This document shows positions 1 to 12,300 of a DNA stretch of 64,000 bases, piece after piece; position 1 is the first letter of the stretch, and every line of letters begins with the position of its first letter. This DNA comes from Auanema rhodensis. Lineage: Eukaryota > Animalia > Nematoda. Both the position numbers and the translations under genes were made by a program. Under the pieces are notes generated by a model, which saw only the letters and a program-made list of their open reading frames with translations, was not told the origin of the DNA and did no database searches. The stretch covers positions 20,336,001 to 20,400,000 of the forward strand of contig OZ059894.1 in assembly GCA_964057225.1 (NCBI GenBank). The letters are read 5' to 3'.

Positions 1-95
1 CAAAAAATAGATGTTTTTAGATTCCTTTTTTCAAGGCAAAGACGATGGACAATGTTATTCAACAAAAAAATTAATTCTTCAGGGTGAAAATCGAG

Positions 96-117
96 GATAT
101 AAGTGTGAACTTATATC
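96..117. other. Inverted repeat H1: perfect 9-bp stem with 4-nt loop (GTGA or GTAA), present at this offset in each monomer
   Basis: gatataagt (96-104) is the reverse complement of acttatatc (109-117). Loop is 105-108. Confidence 0.92.
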
Positions 118-127
118 AGTTGATATC

Positions 128-194
128 TCGGTGCATTTTTAAGCTAGCGCAAATCTGATAACACAGATCGACGCAGCTTAAAAATCCGCATCGA
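128..194. other. Inverted repeat H2: long imperfect hairpin
   Basis: tcg[g/a]tgc 128-134 pairs with gcatcga 188-194. atttttaagct 135-145 pairs with agcttaaaaat 175-185 (11 bp perfect). gcg 147-149 pairs with cgc 172-174. atctg 153-157 pairs with cagat 164-168. Loop is ataaca. Confidence 0.9.
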
Positions 195-207
195 ATGCAC
201 TATACTA

Positions 208-256
208 CATTGAGAAACGCTTAATACAAAAATAAGTTATAATCGTTTGAAAAATG
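208..256. other. Weak inverted repeat H3
   Basis: catt 208-211 / aatg 253-256; aaacg 215-219 / cgttt 244-248; tta 221-223 / t[g/a]a 240-242. The arms are short and could be chance in AT-rich DNA. Confidence 0.45.
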
Positions 257-268
257 ATGCATTAGTGT

Positions 269-296
269 ATGTTGAGTTTCCATGTACACTCAACAT
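269..296. other. Inverted repeat H4: perfect 9-bp stem, 10-nt loop
   Basis: atgttgagt (269-277) pairs with actcaacat (288-296). Confidence 0.9.
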
Positions 297-303
297 TGCT
301 TCC

Positions 304-369
304 AAAAACATTTTGACAAAAATTTTTTCGAAAAATTTCAAAATAAATTAGCAAAAAGTAGATGTTTTT
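304..369. other. A/T-tract dyad H5 running into the next monomer
   Basis: 12-bp palindrome tttttcgaaaaa (324-335); aaattttt 320-327 / aaaaattt 331-338; attttga 310-316 / tcaaaat 338-344; aaaaacat 304-311 / atgttttt 362-369. Confidence 0.75.
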
Positions 370-2106
370 AGATTCCTTTTTCCAAGGCAAAGACGATGGA
401 CAATGTTATTCAACGAAAAAATTAATTCTTCAGAGTGAAAATCGAGGATATAAGTGTGAACTTATATCAGTTGATATCTCGATGCATTTTTAAGCTAGCG
501 CAAATCTGATAACACAGATCGACGCAGCTTAAAAATCCGCATCGAATGCACTATACTACATTGAAAAACGCTTAATACAAAAATTAGTTATGATCGTTTG
601 GAAAATGATGCATTAGTGTATGTTGAGTTTCCATGTACACTCAACATTGCTTCCAAAAACATTTTGACAAAAATTTTTTCGAAAAATTTCAAAATAAATT
701 AGCGAAAAACAGATGTTTTTAGATTCCTTTTTTCAAGGCAAAGATGATGGACAATGTTATTCAACGAAAAAATTAATTCTTCAGGGTGAAAATCGAGGAT
801 ATAAGTGTGAACTTATATCAGTTGATATCTCGGTGCATTTTTAAGCTAGCGCAAATCTGATAACACAGATCGACGCAGCTTAAAAATCCGCATCGAATGC
901 ACTATACTACATTGAGAAACGCTTAATACAAAAATAAGTTATGATCGTTTGAAAAATGATGCATTAGTGTATGTTGAGTTTCCATGTACACTCAACATTG
1001 CTTCCAAAAACATTTTGACAAAAATTTTTTCGAAAAATTTCAAAATAAATTAGCAAAAAGTAGATGTTTTTAGATTCCTTTTTCCAAGGCAAAGACGATG
1101 GACAATGTTATTCAACGAAAAAATTAATTCTTCAGGGTGAAAATCGAGGATATAAGTGTGAACTTATATCAGTTGATATCTCGATGCATTTTTAAGCTAG
1201 CGCAAATCTGATAACACAGATCGACGCAGCTTAAAAATCCGCATCGAATGCACTATACTACATTGAGAAACGCTTAATACAAAAATTAGTTATGATCGTT
1301 TGGAAAATGATGCATTAGTGTATGTTGAGTTTCCATGTACACTCAACATTGCTTCCAAAAACATTTTGACAAAAATTTTTTCGAAAAATTTCAAAATAAA
1401 TTAGCAAAAAATAGATGTTTTTAGATTCCTTTTTTCAAGGCAAAGACGATGGACAATGTTATTCAACGAAAAAATTAATTCTTCAGGGTGAAAATCGAGG
1501 ATATAAGTGTGAACTTATATCAGTTGATATCTCGGTGCATTTTTAAGCTAGCGCAAATCTGATAACACAGATCGACGCAGCTTAAAAATCCGCATCGAAT
1601 GCACTATACTACATTGAGAAACGCTTAATACAAAAATAAGTTATGATCGTTTGAAAAATGATGCATTAGTGTATGTTGAGTTTCCATGTACACTCAACAT
1701 TGCTTCCAAAAACATTTTGACAAAAATGTTTTCGAAAAATTTCAAAATAAATTAGCAAAAAGTAGATGTTTTTAGATTCCTTTTTCCAAGGCAAAGACGA
1801 TGGACAATGTTATTCAACGAAAAAATTAATTCTTCAGGGTGAAAATCGAGGATATAAGTGTGAACTTATATCAGTTGATATCTCGATGCATTTTTAAGCT
1901 AGCGCCAATCTGATAACACAGATCGACGCAGCTTAAAAATCCGCATCGAATGCACTATACTACATTGAGAAACGCTTAATACAAAAATAAGTTATGATCG
2001 TTTGAAAAATGATGCATTAGTGTATGTTGAGTTTCCATGTACACTCAACATTGCTTCCAAAAACATTTTGACAAAAATTTTTTCGAAAAATTTCAAAATA
2101 AATTAG

Positions 2107-5100
2107 CAAAAAGTAGATGTTTTTAGATTCCTTTTTCCAAGGCAAAGACGATGGACAATGTTATTCAACGAAAAAATTAATTCTTCAGGGTGAAAATCGA
2201 GGATATAAGTGTGAACTTATATCAGTTGATATCTCGATGCATTTTTAAGCTAGCGCAAATCTGATAACACAGATCGACGCAGCTTAAAAATCCGCATCGA
2301 ATGCACTATACTACATTGAGAAACGCTTAATACAAAAATTAGTTATGATCGTTTGGAAAATGATGCATTAGTGTATGTTGAGTTTCCATGTACACTCAAC
2401 ATTGCTTCCAAAAACATTTTGACAAAAATTTTTTCGAAAAATTTCGAAATAAATTAGCGAAAAATAGATGTTTTTAGATTCCTTTTTTCAAGGCAAAGAT
2501 GATGGACAATGTTATTCAACGAAAAAATTAATTCTTCAGGGTGAAAATCGAGGATATAAGTGTGAACTTATATCAGTTGATATCTCGGTGCATTTTTAAG
2601 CTAGCGCAAATCTGATAACACAGATCGACGCAGCTTAAAAATCCGCATCGAATGCACTATACTACATTGAGAAACGCTTAATACAAAAATAAGTTATGAT
2701 CGTTTGAAAAATGATGCATTAGTGTATGTTGAGTTTCCATGTACACTCAACATTGCTTCCAAAAACATTTTGACAAAAATTTTTTCGAAAAATTTCAAAA
2801 TAAATTAGCAAAAAGTAGATGTTTTTAGATTCCTTTTTCCAAGGCAAAGACGATGGACAATGTTATTCAACGAAAAAATTAATTCTTCAGGGTGAAAATC
2901 GAGGATATAAGTGTGAACTTATATCAGTTGATATCTCGATGCATTTTTAAGCTAGCGCAAATCTGATAACACAGATCGACGCAGCTTAAAAATCCGCATC
3001 GAATGCACTATACTATATTGAGAAACGCTTAATACAAAAATTAGTTATGATCGTTTGGAAAATGATGCATTAGTGTATGTTGAGTTTCCATGTACACTCA
3101 ACATTGCTTCCAAAAACATTTTGACAAAAATTTTTTCGAAAAATTTCAAAATAAATTAGCAAAAAATAGATGTTTTTAGATTCCTTTTTTCAAGGCAAAG
3201 ACGATGGACAATGTTATTCAACGAAAAAATTAATTCTTCAGGGTGAAAATCGAGGATATAAGTGTGAACTTATATCAGTTGATATCTCGGTGCATTTTTA
3301 AGCTAGCGCAAATCTGATAACACAGATCGACGCAGCTTAAAAATCCGCATCGAATGCACTATACTACATTGAGAAACGCTTAATACAAAAATAAGTTATG
3401 ATCGTTTGAAAAATGATGCATTAGTGTATGTTGAGTTTCCATGTACACTCAACATTGCTTCCAAAAACATTTTGACAAAAATTTTTTCGAAAAATTTCAA
3501 AATAAATTAGCAAAAAGTAGATGTTTTTAGATTCCTTTTTCCAAGGCAAAGACGATGGACAATGTTATTCAACGAAAAAATTAATTCTTCAGGGTGAAAA
3601 TCGAGGATATAAGTGTGAACTTATATCAGTTGCTATCTCGGTGCATTTTTAAGCTAGCGCAAATCTGATAACACAGATCGACGCAGCTTAAAAATTCGCA
3701 TCGAATGCACTATACTACATTGAGAAACGCTTAATACAAAAATTAGTTATAATCGTTTGAAAAATGATGCATTAGTGTATGTTGATTTTCCATGTACACT
3801 CAACATTGCTTCCAAAAACATTTTGACAAAAATTTTTTCGAAAAATTTCAGAATAATTTAGCGAAAAGTAGCTGTTTTTAGATTCCTTTTTTCAAGGCAA
3901 AGACGATGGACAATGTTATTCAACGAAAAAATTAATTCTTCAGGGTGAAAATCGAGGATATAAGTGTGAACTTATATCAGTTGCTATCTCGGTGCATTTT
4001 TAAGCTAGCGCGAATCTGATAACACAGATCGACGCAGCTTAAAAATCCGCATCGAATGCACTATACCACATTGAGAAACGCTTAATACAAAAATTAGTTA
4101 TGATCGTTTGAAAAATGATGCATTAGTGTATGTTGAGTTTCCATGTAAACTCAACATTGCTTCCAAAAACATTTTGACAAAAATTTTTTCGAAAAATTTC
4201 AAAATAAATTAGCAAAAAGTAGATGTTTTTAGATTCCTTTTTCCAAGGCAAAGACGATGGACAATGTTATTCAACGAAAAAATTAATTCTTCAGGGTGAA
4301 AATCGAGGATATAAGTGTGAACTTATATCAGTTGATATCTCGATGCATTTTTAAGCTAGCGCAAATCTGATAACACAGATCGACGCAGCTTAAAAATCCG
4401 CATCGAATGCACTATACTACATTGAGAAACGCTTAATACAAAAATTAGTTATGATCGTTTGGAAAATGATGCATTAGTGTATGTTGAGTTTCCATGTACA
4501 CTCAACATTGCTTCCAAAAACATTTTGACAAAAATTTTTTCGAAAAATTTCGAAATAAATTAGCGAAAAATAGATGTTTTTAGATTCCTTTTTTCAAGGC
4601 AAAGATGATGGACAATGTTATTCAACGAAAAAATTAATTCTTCAGGGTGAAAATCGAGGATATAAGTGTGAACTTATATCAGTTGATATCTCGGTGCATT
4701 TTTAAGCTAGCGCAAATCTGATAACACAGATCGACGCAGCTTAAAAATCCGCATCGAATGCACTATACTACATTGAGAAACGCTTAATACAAAAATAAGT
4801 TATGATCGTTTGAAAAATGATGCATTAGTGTATGTTGAGTTTCCATGTACACTCAACATTGCTTCCAAAAACATTTTGACAAAAATTTTTTCGAAAAATT
4901 TCAAAATAAATTAGCAAAAAGTAGATGTTTTTAGATTCCTTTTTCCAAGGCAAAGACGATGGACAATGTTATTCAACGAAAAAATTAATTCTTCAGGGTG
5001 AAAATCGAGGATATAAGTGTGAACTTATATCAGTTGATATCTCGATGCATTTTTAAGCTAGCGCAAATCTGATAACACAGATCGACGCAGCTTAAAAATC

Positions 5101-6318
5101 CGCATCGAATGCACTATACTATATTGAGAAACGCTTAATACAAAAATTAGTTATGATCGTTTGGAAAATGATGCATTAGTGTATGTTGAGTTTCCATGTA
5201 CACTCAACATTGCTTCCAAAAACATTTTGACAAAAATTTTTTCGAAAAATTTCAAAATAAATTAGCAAAAAATAGATGTTTTTAGATTCCTTTTTTCAAG
5301 GCAAAGACGATGGACAATGTTATTCAACGAAAAAATTAATTCTTCAGGGTGAAAATCGAGGATATAAGTGTGAACTTATATCAGTTGATATCTCGGTGCA
5401 TTTTTAAGCTAGCGCAAATCTGATAACACAGATCGACGCAGCTTAAAAATCCGCATCGAATGCACTATACTACATTGAGAAACGCTTAATACAAAAATAA
5501 GTTATGATCGTTTGAAAAATGATGCATTAGTGTATGTTGAGTTTCCATGTACACTCAACATTGCTTCCAAAAACATTTTGACAAAAATTTTTTCGAAAAA
5601 TTTCAAAATAAATTAGCAAAAAGTAGATGTTTTTAGATTCCTTTTTCCAAGGCAAAGACGATGGACAATGTTATTCAACGAAAAAATTAATTCTTCAGGG
5701 TGAAAATCGAGGATATAAGTGTGAACTTATATCAGTTGCTATCTCGGTGCATTTTTAAGCTAGCGCAAATCTGATAACACAGATCGACGCAGCTTAAAAA
5801 TTCGCATCGAATGCACTATACTACATTGAGAAACGCTTAATACAAAAATTAGTTATAATCGTTTGAAAAATGATGCATTAGTGTATGTTGAGTTTCCATG
5901 TACACTCAACATTGCTTCCAAAAACATTTTGACAAAAATTTTTTCGAAAAATTTCAGAATAATTTAGCGAAAAGTAGCTGTTTTTAGATTCCTTTTTTCA
6001 AGGCAAAGACGATGGACAATGTTATTCAACGAAAAAATTAATTCTTCAGGGTGAAAATCGAGGATATAAGTGTGAACTTATATCAGTTGCTATCTCGGTG
6101 CATTTTTAAGCTAGCGCGAATCTGATAACACAGATCGACACAGCTTAAAAATCCGCATCGAATGCACTATACCACATTGAGAAACGCTTAATACAAAAAT
6201 TAGTTATGATCGTTTGAAAAATGATGCATTAGTGTATGTTGAGTTTCCATGTACACTCAACATTGCTTCCAAAAACATTTTGACAAAAATTTTTTCGAAA
6301 AATTTCAAAATAAATTAG
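2107..6318. repeat. Tandem duplication of a 6-monomer (2106-bp) unit
   Basis: Monomers 7-12 and 13-18 show the same ordered markers (ttcgaaat; gcga+gatgat; tactat; A-type; C; D), with a few private SNPs. Confidence 0.85.
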
Positions 6319-9300
6319 CAAAAAGTAGATGTTTTTAGATTCCTTTTTTCAAGGCAAAGACGATGGACAATGTTATTCAACGAAAAAATTAATTCTTCAG
6401 GGTGAAAATCGAGGATATAAGTGTGAACTTATATCAGTTGATATCTCGGTGCATTTTTAAGCTAGCGCAAATCTGATAACACAGATCGACGCAGCTTAAA
6501 AATCCGCATCGAATGCACTATACTACATTGAGAAACGCTTAATACAAAAATTAGTTATGATCGTTTAAAAAATGATGCATTAGTGTATGTTGAGTTTCCA
6601 TGTACACTCAACATTGCTTCCAAAAACATTTTGACAAAAATTTTTTCGAAAAATTTCAAAATAAATTAGCAAAAAGTAGATGTTTTTAGATTCCTTTTTC
6701 CAAGGCAAAGACGATGGACAATGTTATTCAACGAAAAAATTAATTCTTCAGGGTGAAAATCGAGGATATAAGTGTGAACTTATATCAGTTGATATCTCGA
6801 TGCATTTTTAAGCTAGCGCAAATCTGATAACACAGATCGACGCAGCTTAAAAATCCGCATCGAATGCACTATACTATATTGAGAAACGCTTAATACAAAA
6901 ATTAGTTATGATCGTTTGGAAAATGATGCATTAGTGTATGTTGAGTTTCCATGTACACTCAACATTGCTTCCAAAAACATTTTGACAAAAATTTTTTCGA
7001 AAAATTTCAAAATAAATTAGCAAAAAATAGATGTTTTTAGATTCCTTTTTTCAAGGCAAAGACGATGGACAATGTTATTCAACGAAAAAATTAATTCTTC
7101 AGGGTGAAAATCGAGGATATAAGTGTGAACTTATATCAGTTGATATCTCGGTGCATTTTTAAGCTAGCGCAAATCTGATAACACAGATCGACGCAGCTTA
7201 AAAATCCGCATCGAATGCACTATACTATATTGAGAAACGCTTAATACAAAAATAAGTTATGATCGTTTGAAAAATGATGCATTAGTGTATGTTGAGTTTC
7301 CATGTACACTCAACATTGCTTCCAAAAACATTTTGACAAAAATTTTTTCGAAAAATTTCAAAATAAATTAGCAAAAAGTAGATGTTTTTAGATTCCTTTT
7401 TCCAAGGCAAAGACGATGGACAATGTTATTCAACGAAAAAATTAATTCTTCAGGGTGAAAATCGAGGATATAAGTGTGAACTTATATCAGTTGCTATCTC
7501 GGTGCATTTTTAAGCTAGCGCAAATCTGATAACACAGATCGACGCAGCTTAAAAATTCGCATCGAATGCACTATACTACATTGAGAAACGCTTAATACAA
7601 AAATTAGTTATAATCGTTTGAAAAATGATGCATTAGTGTATGTTGAGTTTCCATGTACACTCAACATTGCTTCCAAAAACATTTTGACAAAAATTTTTTC
7701 GAAAAATTTCAGAATAATTTAGCGAAAAGTAGCTGTTTTTAGATTCCTTTTTTCAAGGCAAAGACGATGGACAATGTTATTCAACGAAAAAATTAATTCT
7801 TCAGGGTGAAAATCGAGGATATAAGTGTGAACTTATATCAGTTGCTATCTCGGTGCATTTTTAAGCTAGCGCGAATCTGATAACACAGATCGACGCAGCT
7901 TAAAAATCCGCATCGAATGCACTATACCACATTGAGAAACGCTTAATACAAAAATTAGTTATGATCGTTTGAAAAATGATGCATTAGTGTATGTTGAGTT
8001 TCCATGTACACTCAACATTGCTTCCAAAAACATTTTGACAAAAATTTTTTCGAAAAATTTCAAAATAAATTAGCAAAAAGTAGATGTTTTTAGATTCCTT
8101 TTTCCAAGGCAAAGACGATGGACAATGTTATTCAACGAAAAAATTAATTCTTCAGGGTGAAAATCGAGGATATAAGTGTGAACTTATATCAGTTGATATC
8201 TCGATGCATTTTTAAGCTAGCGCAAATCTGATAACACAGATCGACGCAGCTTAAAAATCCGCATCGAATGCACTATACTATATTGAGAAACGCTTAATAC
8301 AAAAATTAGTTATGATCGTTTGGAAAATGATGCATTAGTGTATGTTGAGTTTCCATGTACACTCAACATTGCTTCCAAAAACATTTTGACAAAAATTTTT
8401 TCGAAAAATTTCAAAATAAATTAGCAAAAAATAGATGTTTTTAGATTCCTTTTTTCAAGGCAAAGACGATGGACAATGTTATTCAACGAAAAAATTAATT
8501 CTTCAGGGTGAAAATCGAGGATATAAGTGTGAACTTATATCAGTTGATATCTCGGTGCATTTTTAAGCTAGCGCAAATCTGATAACACAGATCGACGCAG
8601 CTTAAAAATCCGCATCGAATGCACTATACTACATTGAGAAACGCTTAATACAAAAATAAGTTATGATCGTTTGAAAAATGATGCATTAGTGTATGTTGAG
8701 TTTCCATGTACACTCAACATTGCTTCCAAAAACATTTTGACAAAAATTTTTTCGAAAAATTTCAAAATAAATTAGCAAAAAGTAGATGTTTTTAGATTCC
8801 TTTTTCCAAGGCAAAGACGATGGACAATGTTATTCAACGAAAAAATTAATTCTTCAGGGTGAAAATCGAGGATATAAGTGTGAACTTATATCAGTTGCTA
8901 TCTCGGTGCATTTTTAAGCTAGCGCAAATCTGATAACACAGATCGACGCAGCTTAAAAATTCGCATCGAATGCACTATACTACATTGAGAAACGCTTAAT
9001 ACAAAAATTAGTTATAATCGTTTGAAAAATGATGCATTAGTGTATGTTGAGTTTCCATGTACACTCAACATTGCTTCCAAAAACATTTTGACAAAAATTT
9101 TTTCGAAAAATTTCAGAATAATTTAGCGAAAAGTAGCTGTTTTTAGATTCCTTTTTTCAAGGCAAAGACGATGGACAATGTTATTCAACGAAAAAATTAA
9201 TTCTTCAGGGTGAAAATCGAGGATATAAGTGTGAACTTATATCAGTTGCTATCTCGGTGCATTTTTAAGCTAGCGCGAATCTGATAACACAGATCGACGC

Positions 9301-12300
9301 AGCTTAAAAATCCGCATCGAATGCACTATACTACATTGAGAAACGCTTAATACAAAAATAAGTTATGATCGTTTGAAAAATGATGCATTAGTGTATGTTG
9401 AGTTTCCATGTACACTCAACATTGCTTCCAAAAACATTTTGACAAAAATTTTTTCGAAAAATTTCAAAATAAATTAGCAAAAAGTAGATGTTTTTAGATT
9501 CCTTTTTCCAAGGCAAAGACGATGGACAATGTTATTCAACGAAAAAATTAATTCTTCAGGGTGAAAATCGAGGATATAAGTGTGAACTTATATCAGTTGC
9601 TATCTCGGTGCATTTTTAAGCTAGCGCAAATCTGATAACACAGATCGACGCAGCTTAAAAATTCGCATCGAATGCACTATACTACATTGAGAAACGCTTA
9701 ATACAAAAATTAGTTATAATCGTTTGAAAAATGATGCATTAGTGTATGTTGAGTTTCCATGTACACTCAACATTGCTTCCAAAAACATTTTGACAAAAAT
9801 TTTTTCGAAAAATTTCAGAATAATTTAGCGAAAAGTAGCTGTTTTTAGATTCCTTTTTTCAAGGCAAAGACGATGGACAATGTTATTCAACGAAAAAATT
9901 AATTCTTCAGGGTGAAAATCGAGGATATAAGTGTGAACTTATATCAGTTGCTATCTCGGTGCATTTTTAAGCTAGCGCGAATCTGATAACACAGATCGAC
10001 GCAGCTTAAAAATCCGCATCGAATGCACTATACTATATTGAGAAACGCTTAATACAAAAATTAGTTATGATCGTTTGGAAAATGATGCATTAGTGTATGT
10101 TGAGTTTCCATGTACACTCAACATTGCTTCCAAAAACATTTTGACAAAAATTTTTTCGAAAAATTTCAAAATAAATTAGCAAAAAGTAGATGTTTTTAGA
10201 TTCCTTTTTTCAAGGCAAAGACGATGGACAATGTTATTCAACGAAAAAATTAATTCTTCAGGGTGAAAATCGAGGATATAAGTGTGAACTTATATCAGTT
10301 GATATCTCGGTGCATTTTTAAGCTAGCGCAAATCTGATAACACAGATCGACGCAGCTTAAAAATCCGCATCGAATGCACTATACTACATTGAGAAACGCT
10401 TAATACAAAAATTAGTTATGATCGTTTAAAAAATGATGCATTAGTGTATGTTGAGTTTCCATGTACACTCAACATTGCTTCCAGAAACATTTTGACAAAA
10501 ATTTTTTCGAAAAATTTCAAAATAAATTAGCAAAAAGTAGATGTTTTTAGATTCCTTTTTCCAAGGCAAAGACGATGGACAATGTTATTCAACGAAAAAA
10601 TTAATTCTTCAGGGTGAAAATCGAGGATATAAGTGTGAACTTATATCAGTTGATATCTCGATGCATTTTTAAGCTAGCGCAAATCTGATAACACAGATCG
10701 ACGCAGCTTAAAAATCCGCATCGAATGCACTATACTATATTGAGAAACGCTTAATACAAAAATTAGTTATGATCGTTTGGAAAATGATGCATTAGTGTAT
10801 GTTGAGTTTCCATGTACACTCAACATTGCTTCCAAAAACATTTTGACAAAAATTTTTTCGAAAAATTTCAAAATAAATTAGCAAAAAATAGATGTTTTTA
10901 GATTCCTTTTTTCAAGGCAAAGACGATGGACAATGTTATTCAACGAAAAAATTAATTCTTCAGGGTGAAAATCGAGGATATAAGTGTGAACTTATATCAG
11001 TTGATATCTCGGTGCATTTTTAAGCTAGCGCAAATCTGATAACACAGATCGACGCAGCTTAAAAATCCGCATCGAATGCACTATACTACATTGAGAAACG
11101 CTTAATACAAAAATAAGTTATGATCGTTTGAAAAATGATGCATTAGTGTATGTTGAGTTTCCATGTACACTCAACATTGCTTCCAAAAACATTTTGACAA
11201 AAATTTTTTCGAAAAATTTCAAAATAAATTAGCAAAAAGTAGATGTTTTTAGATTCCTTTTTCCAAGGCAAAGACGATGGACAATGTTATTCAACGAAAA
11301 AATTAATTCTTCAGGGTGAAAATCGAGGATATAAGTGTGAACTTATATCAGTTGCTATCTCGGTGCATTTTTAAGCTAGCGCAAATCTGATAACACAGAT
11401 CGACGCAGCTTAAAAATTCGCATCGAATGCACTATACTACATTGAGAAACGCTTAATACAAAAATTAGTTATAATCGTTTGAAAAATGATGCATTAGTGT
11501 ATGTTGAGTTTCCATGTACACTCAACATTGCTTCCAAAAACATTTTGACAAAAATTTTTTCGAAAAATTTCAGAATAATTTAGCGAAAAGTAGCTGTTTT
11601 TAGATTCCTTTTTTCAAGGCAAAGACGATGGACAATGTTATTCAACGAAAAAATTAATTCTTCAGGGTGAAAATCGAGGATATAAGTGTGAACTTATATC
11701 AGTTGCTATCTCGGTGCATTTTTAAGCTAGCGCGAATCTGATAACACAGATCGACGCAGCTTAAAAATCCGCATCGAATGCACTATACCACATTGAGAAA
11801 CGCTTAATACAAAAATTAGTTATGATCGTTTGAAAAATGATGCATTAGTGTATGTTGAGTTTCCATGTACACTCAACATTGCTTCCAAAAACATTTTGAC
11901 AAAAATTTTTTCGAAAAATTTCAAAATAAATTAGCAAAAAGTAGATGTTTTTAGATTCCTTTTTTCAAGGCAAAGACGATGGACAATGTTATTCAACGAA
12001 AAAATTAATTCTTCAGGGTGAAAATCGAGGATATAAGTGTGAACTTATATCAGTTGATATCTCGGTGCATTTTTAAGCTAGCGCAAATCTGATAACACAG
12101 ATCGACGCAGCTTAAAAATCCGCATCGAATGCACTATACTACATTGAGAAACGCTTAATACAAAAATTAGTTATGATCGTTTAAAAAATGATGCATTAGT
12201 GTATGTTGAGTTTCCATGTACACTCAACATTGCTTCCAAAAACATTTTGACAAAAATTTTTTCGAAAAATTTCAAAATAATTTAGCAAAAAGTAGATGTT

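Larger units (their letters stand above)
1..351. repeat. Representative monomer (arbitrary phase), 107/351 G+C, many A/T tracts; sites for EcoRV (122-127), NheI (143-148), NsiI (257-262), BsrGI (283-288), BstBI (327-332)
   Basis: Hand count of monomer 1 (53 C, 54 G). Palindromic hexamers read directly from the sequence. Confidence 0.95.

Noticed and set aside
11-142. 43-codon ORF MFLDSFFQGKDDGQCYSTKKLILQGENRGYKCELISVDISVHF in most monomers
   Set aside because: It is short and has no recognisable motif. Common variants remove the ATG (D type) or create an internal TGA (R type), and changes show no synonymous bias.
155-217. Hammerhead ribozyme, as in newt, schistosome and cave-cricket satellites
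   Set aside because: The core would need CTGANGA. The sequence has CTGATAA (+) and CTGATAT (-), and I could not build the three-stem junction with GAAA/NUH. An Infernal/Rfam scan would settle it.
326-342. CENP-B box
   Set aside because: TTCG-NNNN-A is present but the required CGGG is absent.
1-351. Repetitive protein-coding gene (351 bp = 117 codons, frame preserved across copies)
   Set aside because: All six frames contain stops within each monomer (+ strand at 8-10, 18-20, 85-87; - strand at 17-19, 55-57, 111-113).
1-351. Ancestral ~175-bp dimer or ~63-bp subrepeat (tgca at 132, 196, 258)
   Set aside because: The two halves do not align by eye and similarity around the tgca motifs is limited to 6-7 bp.
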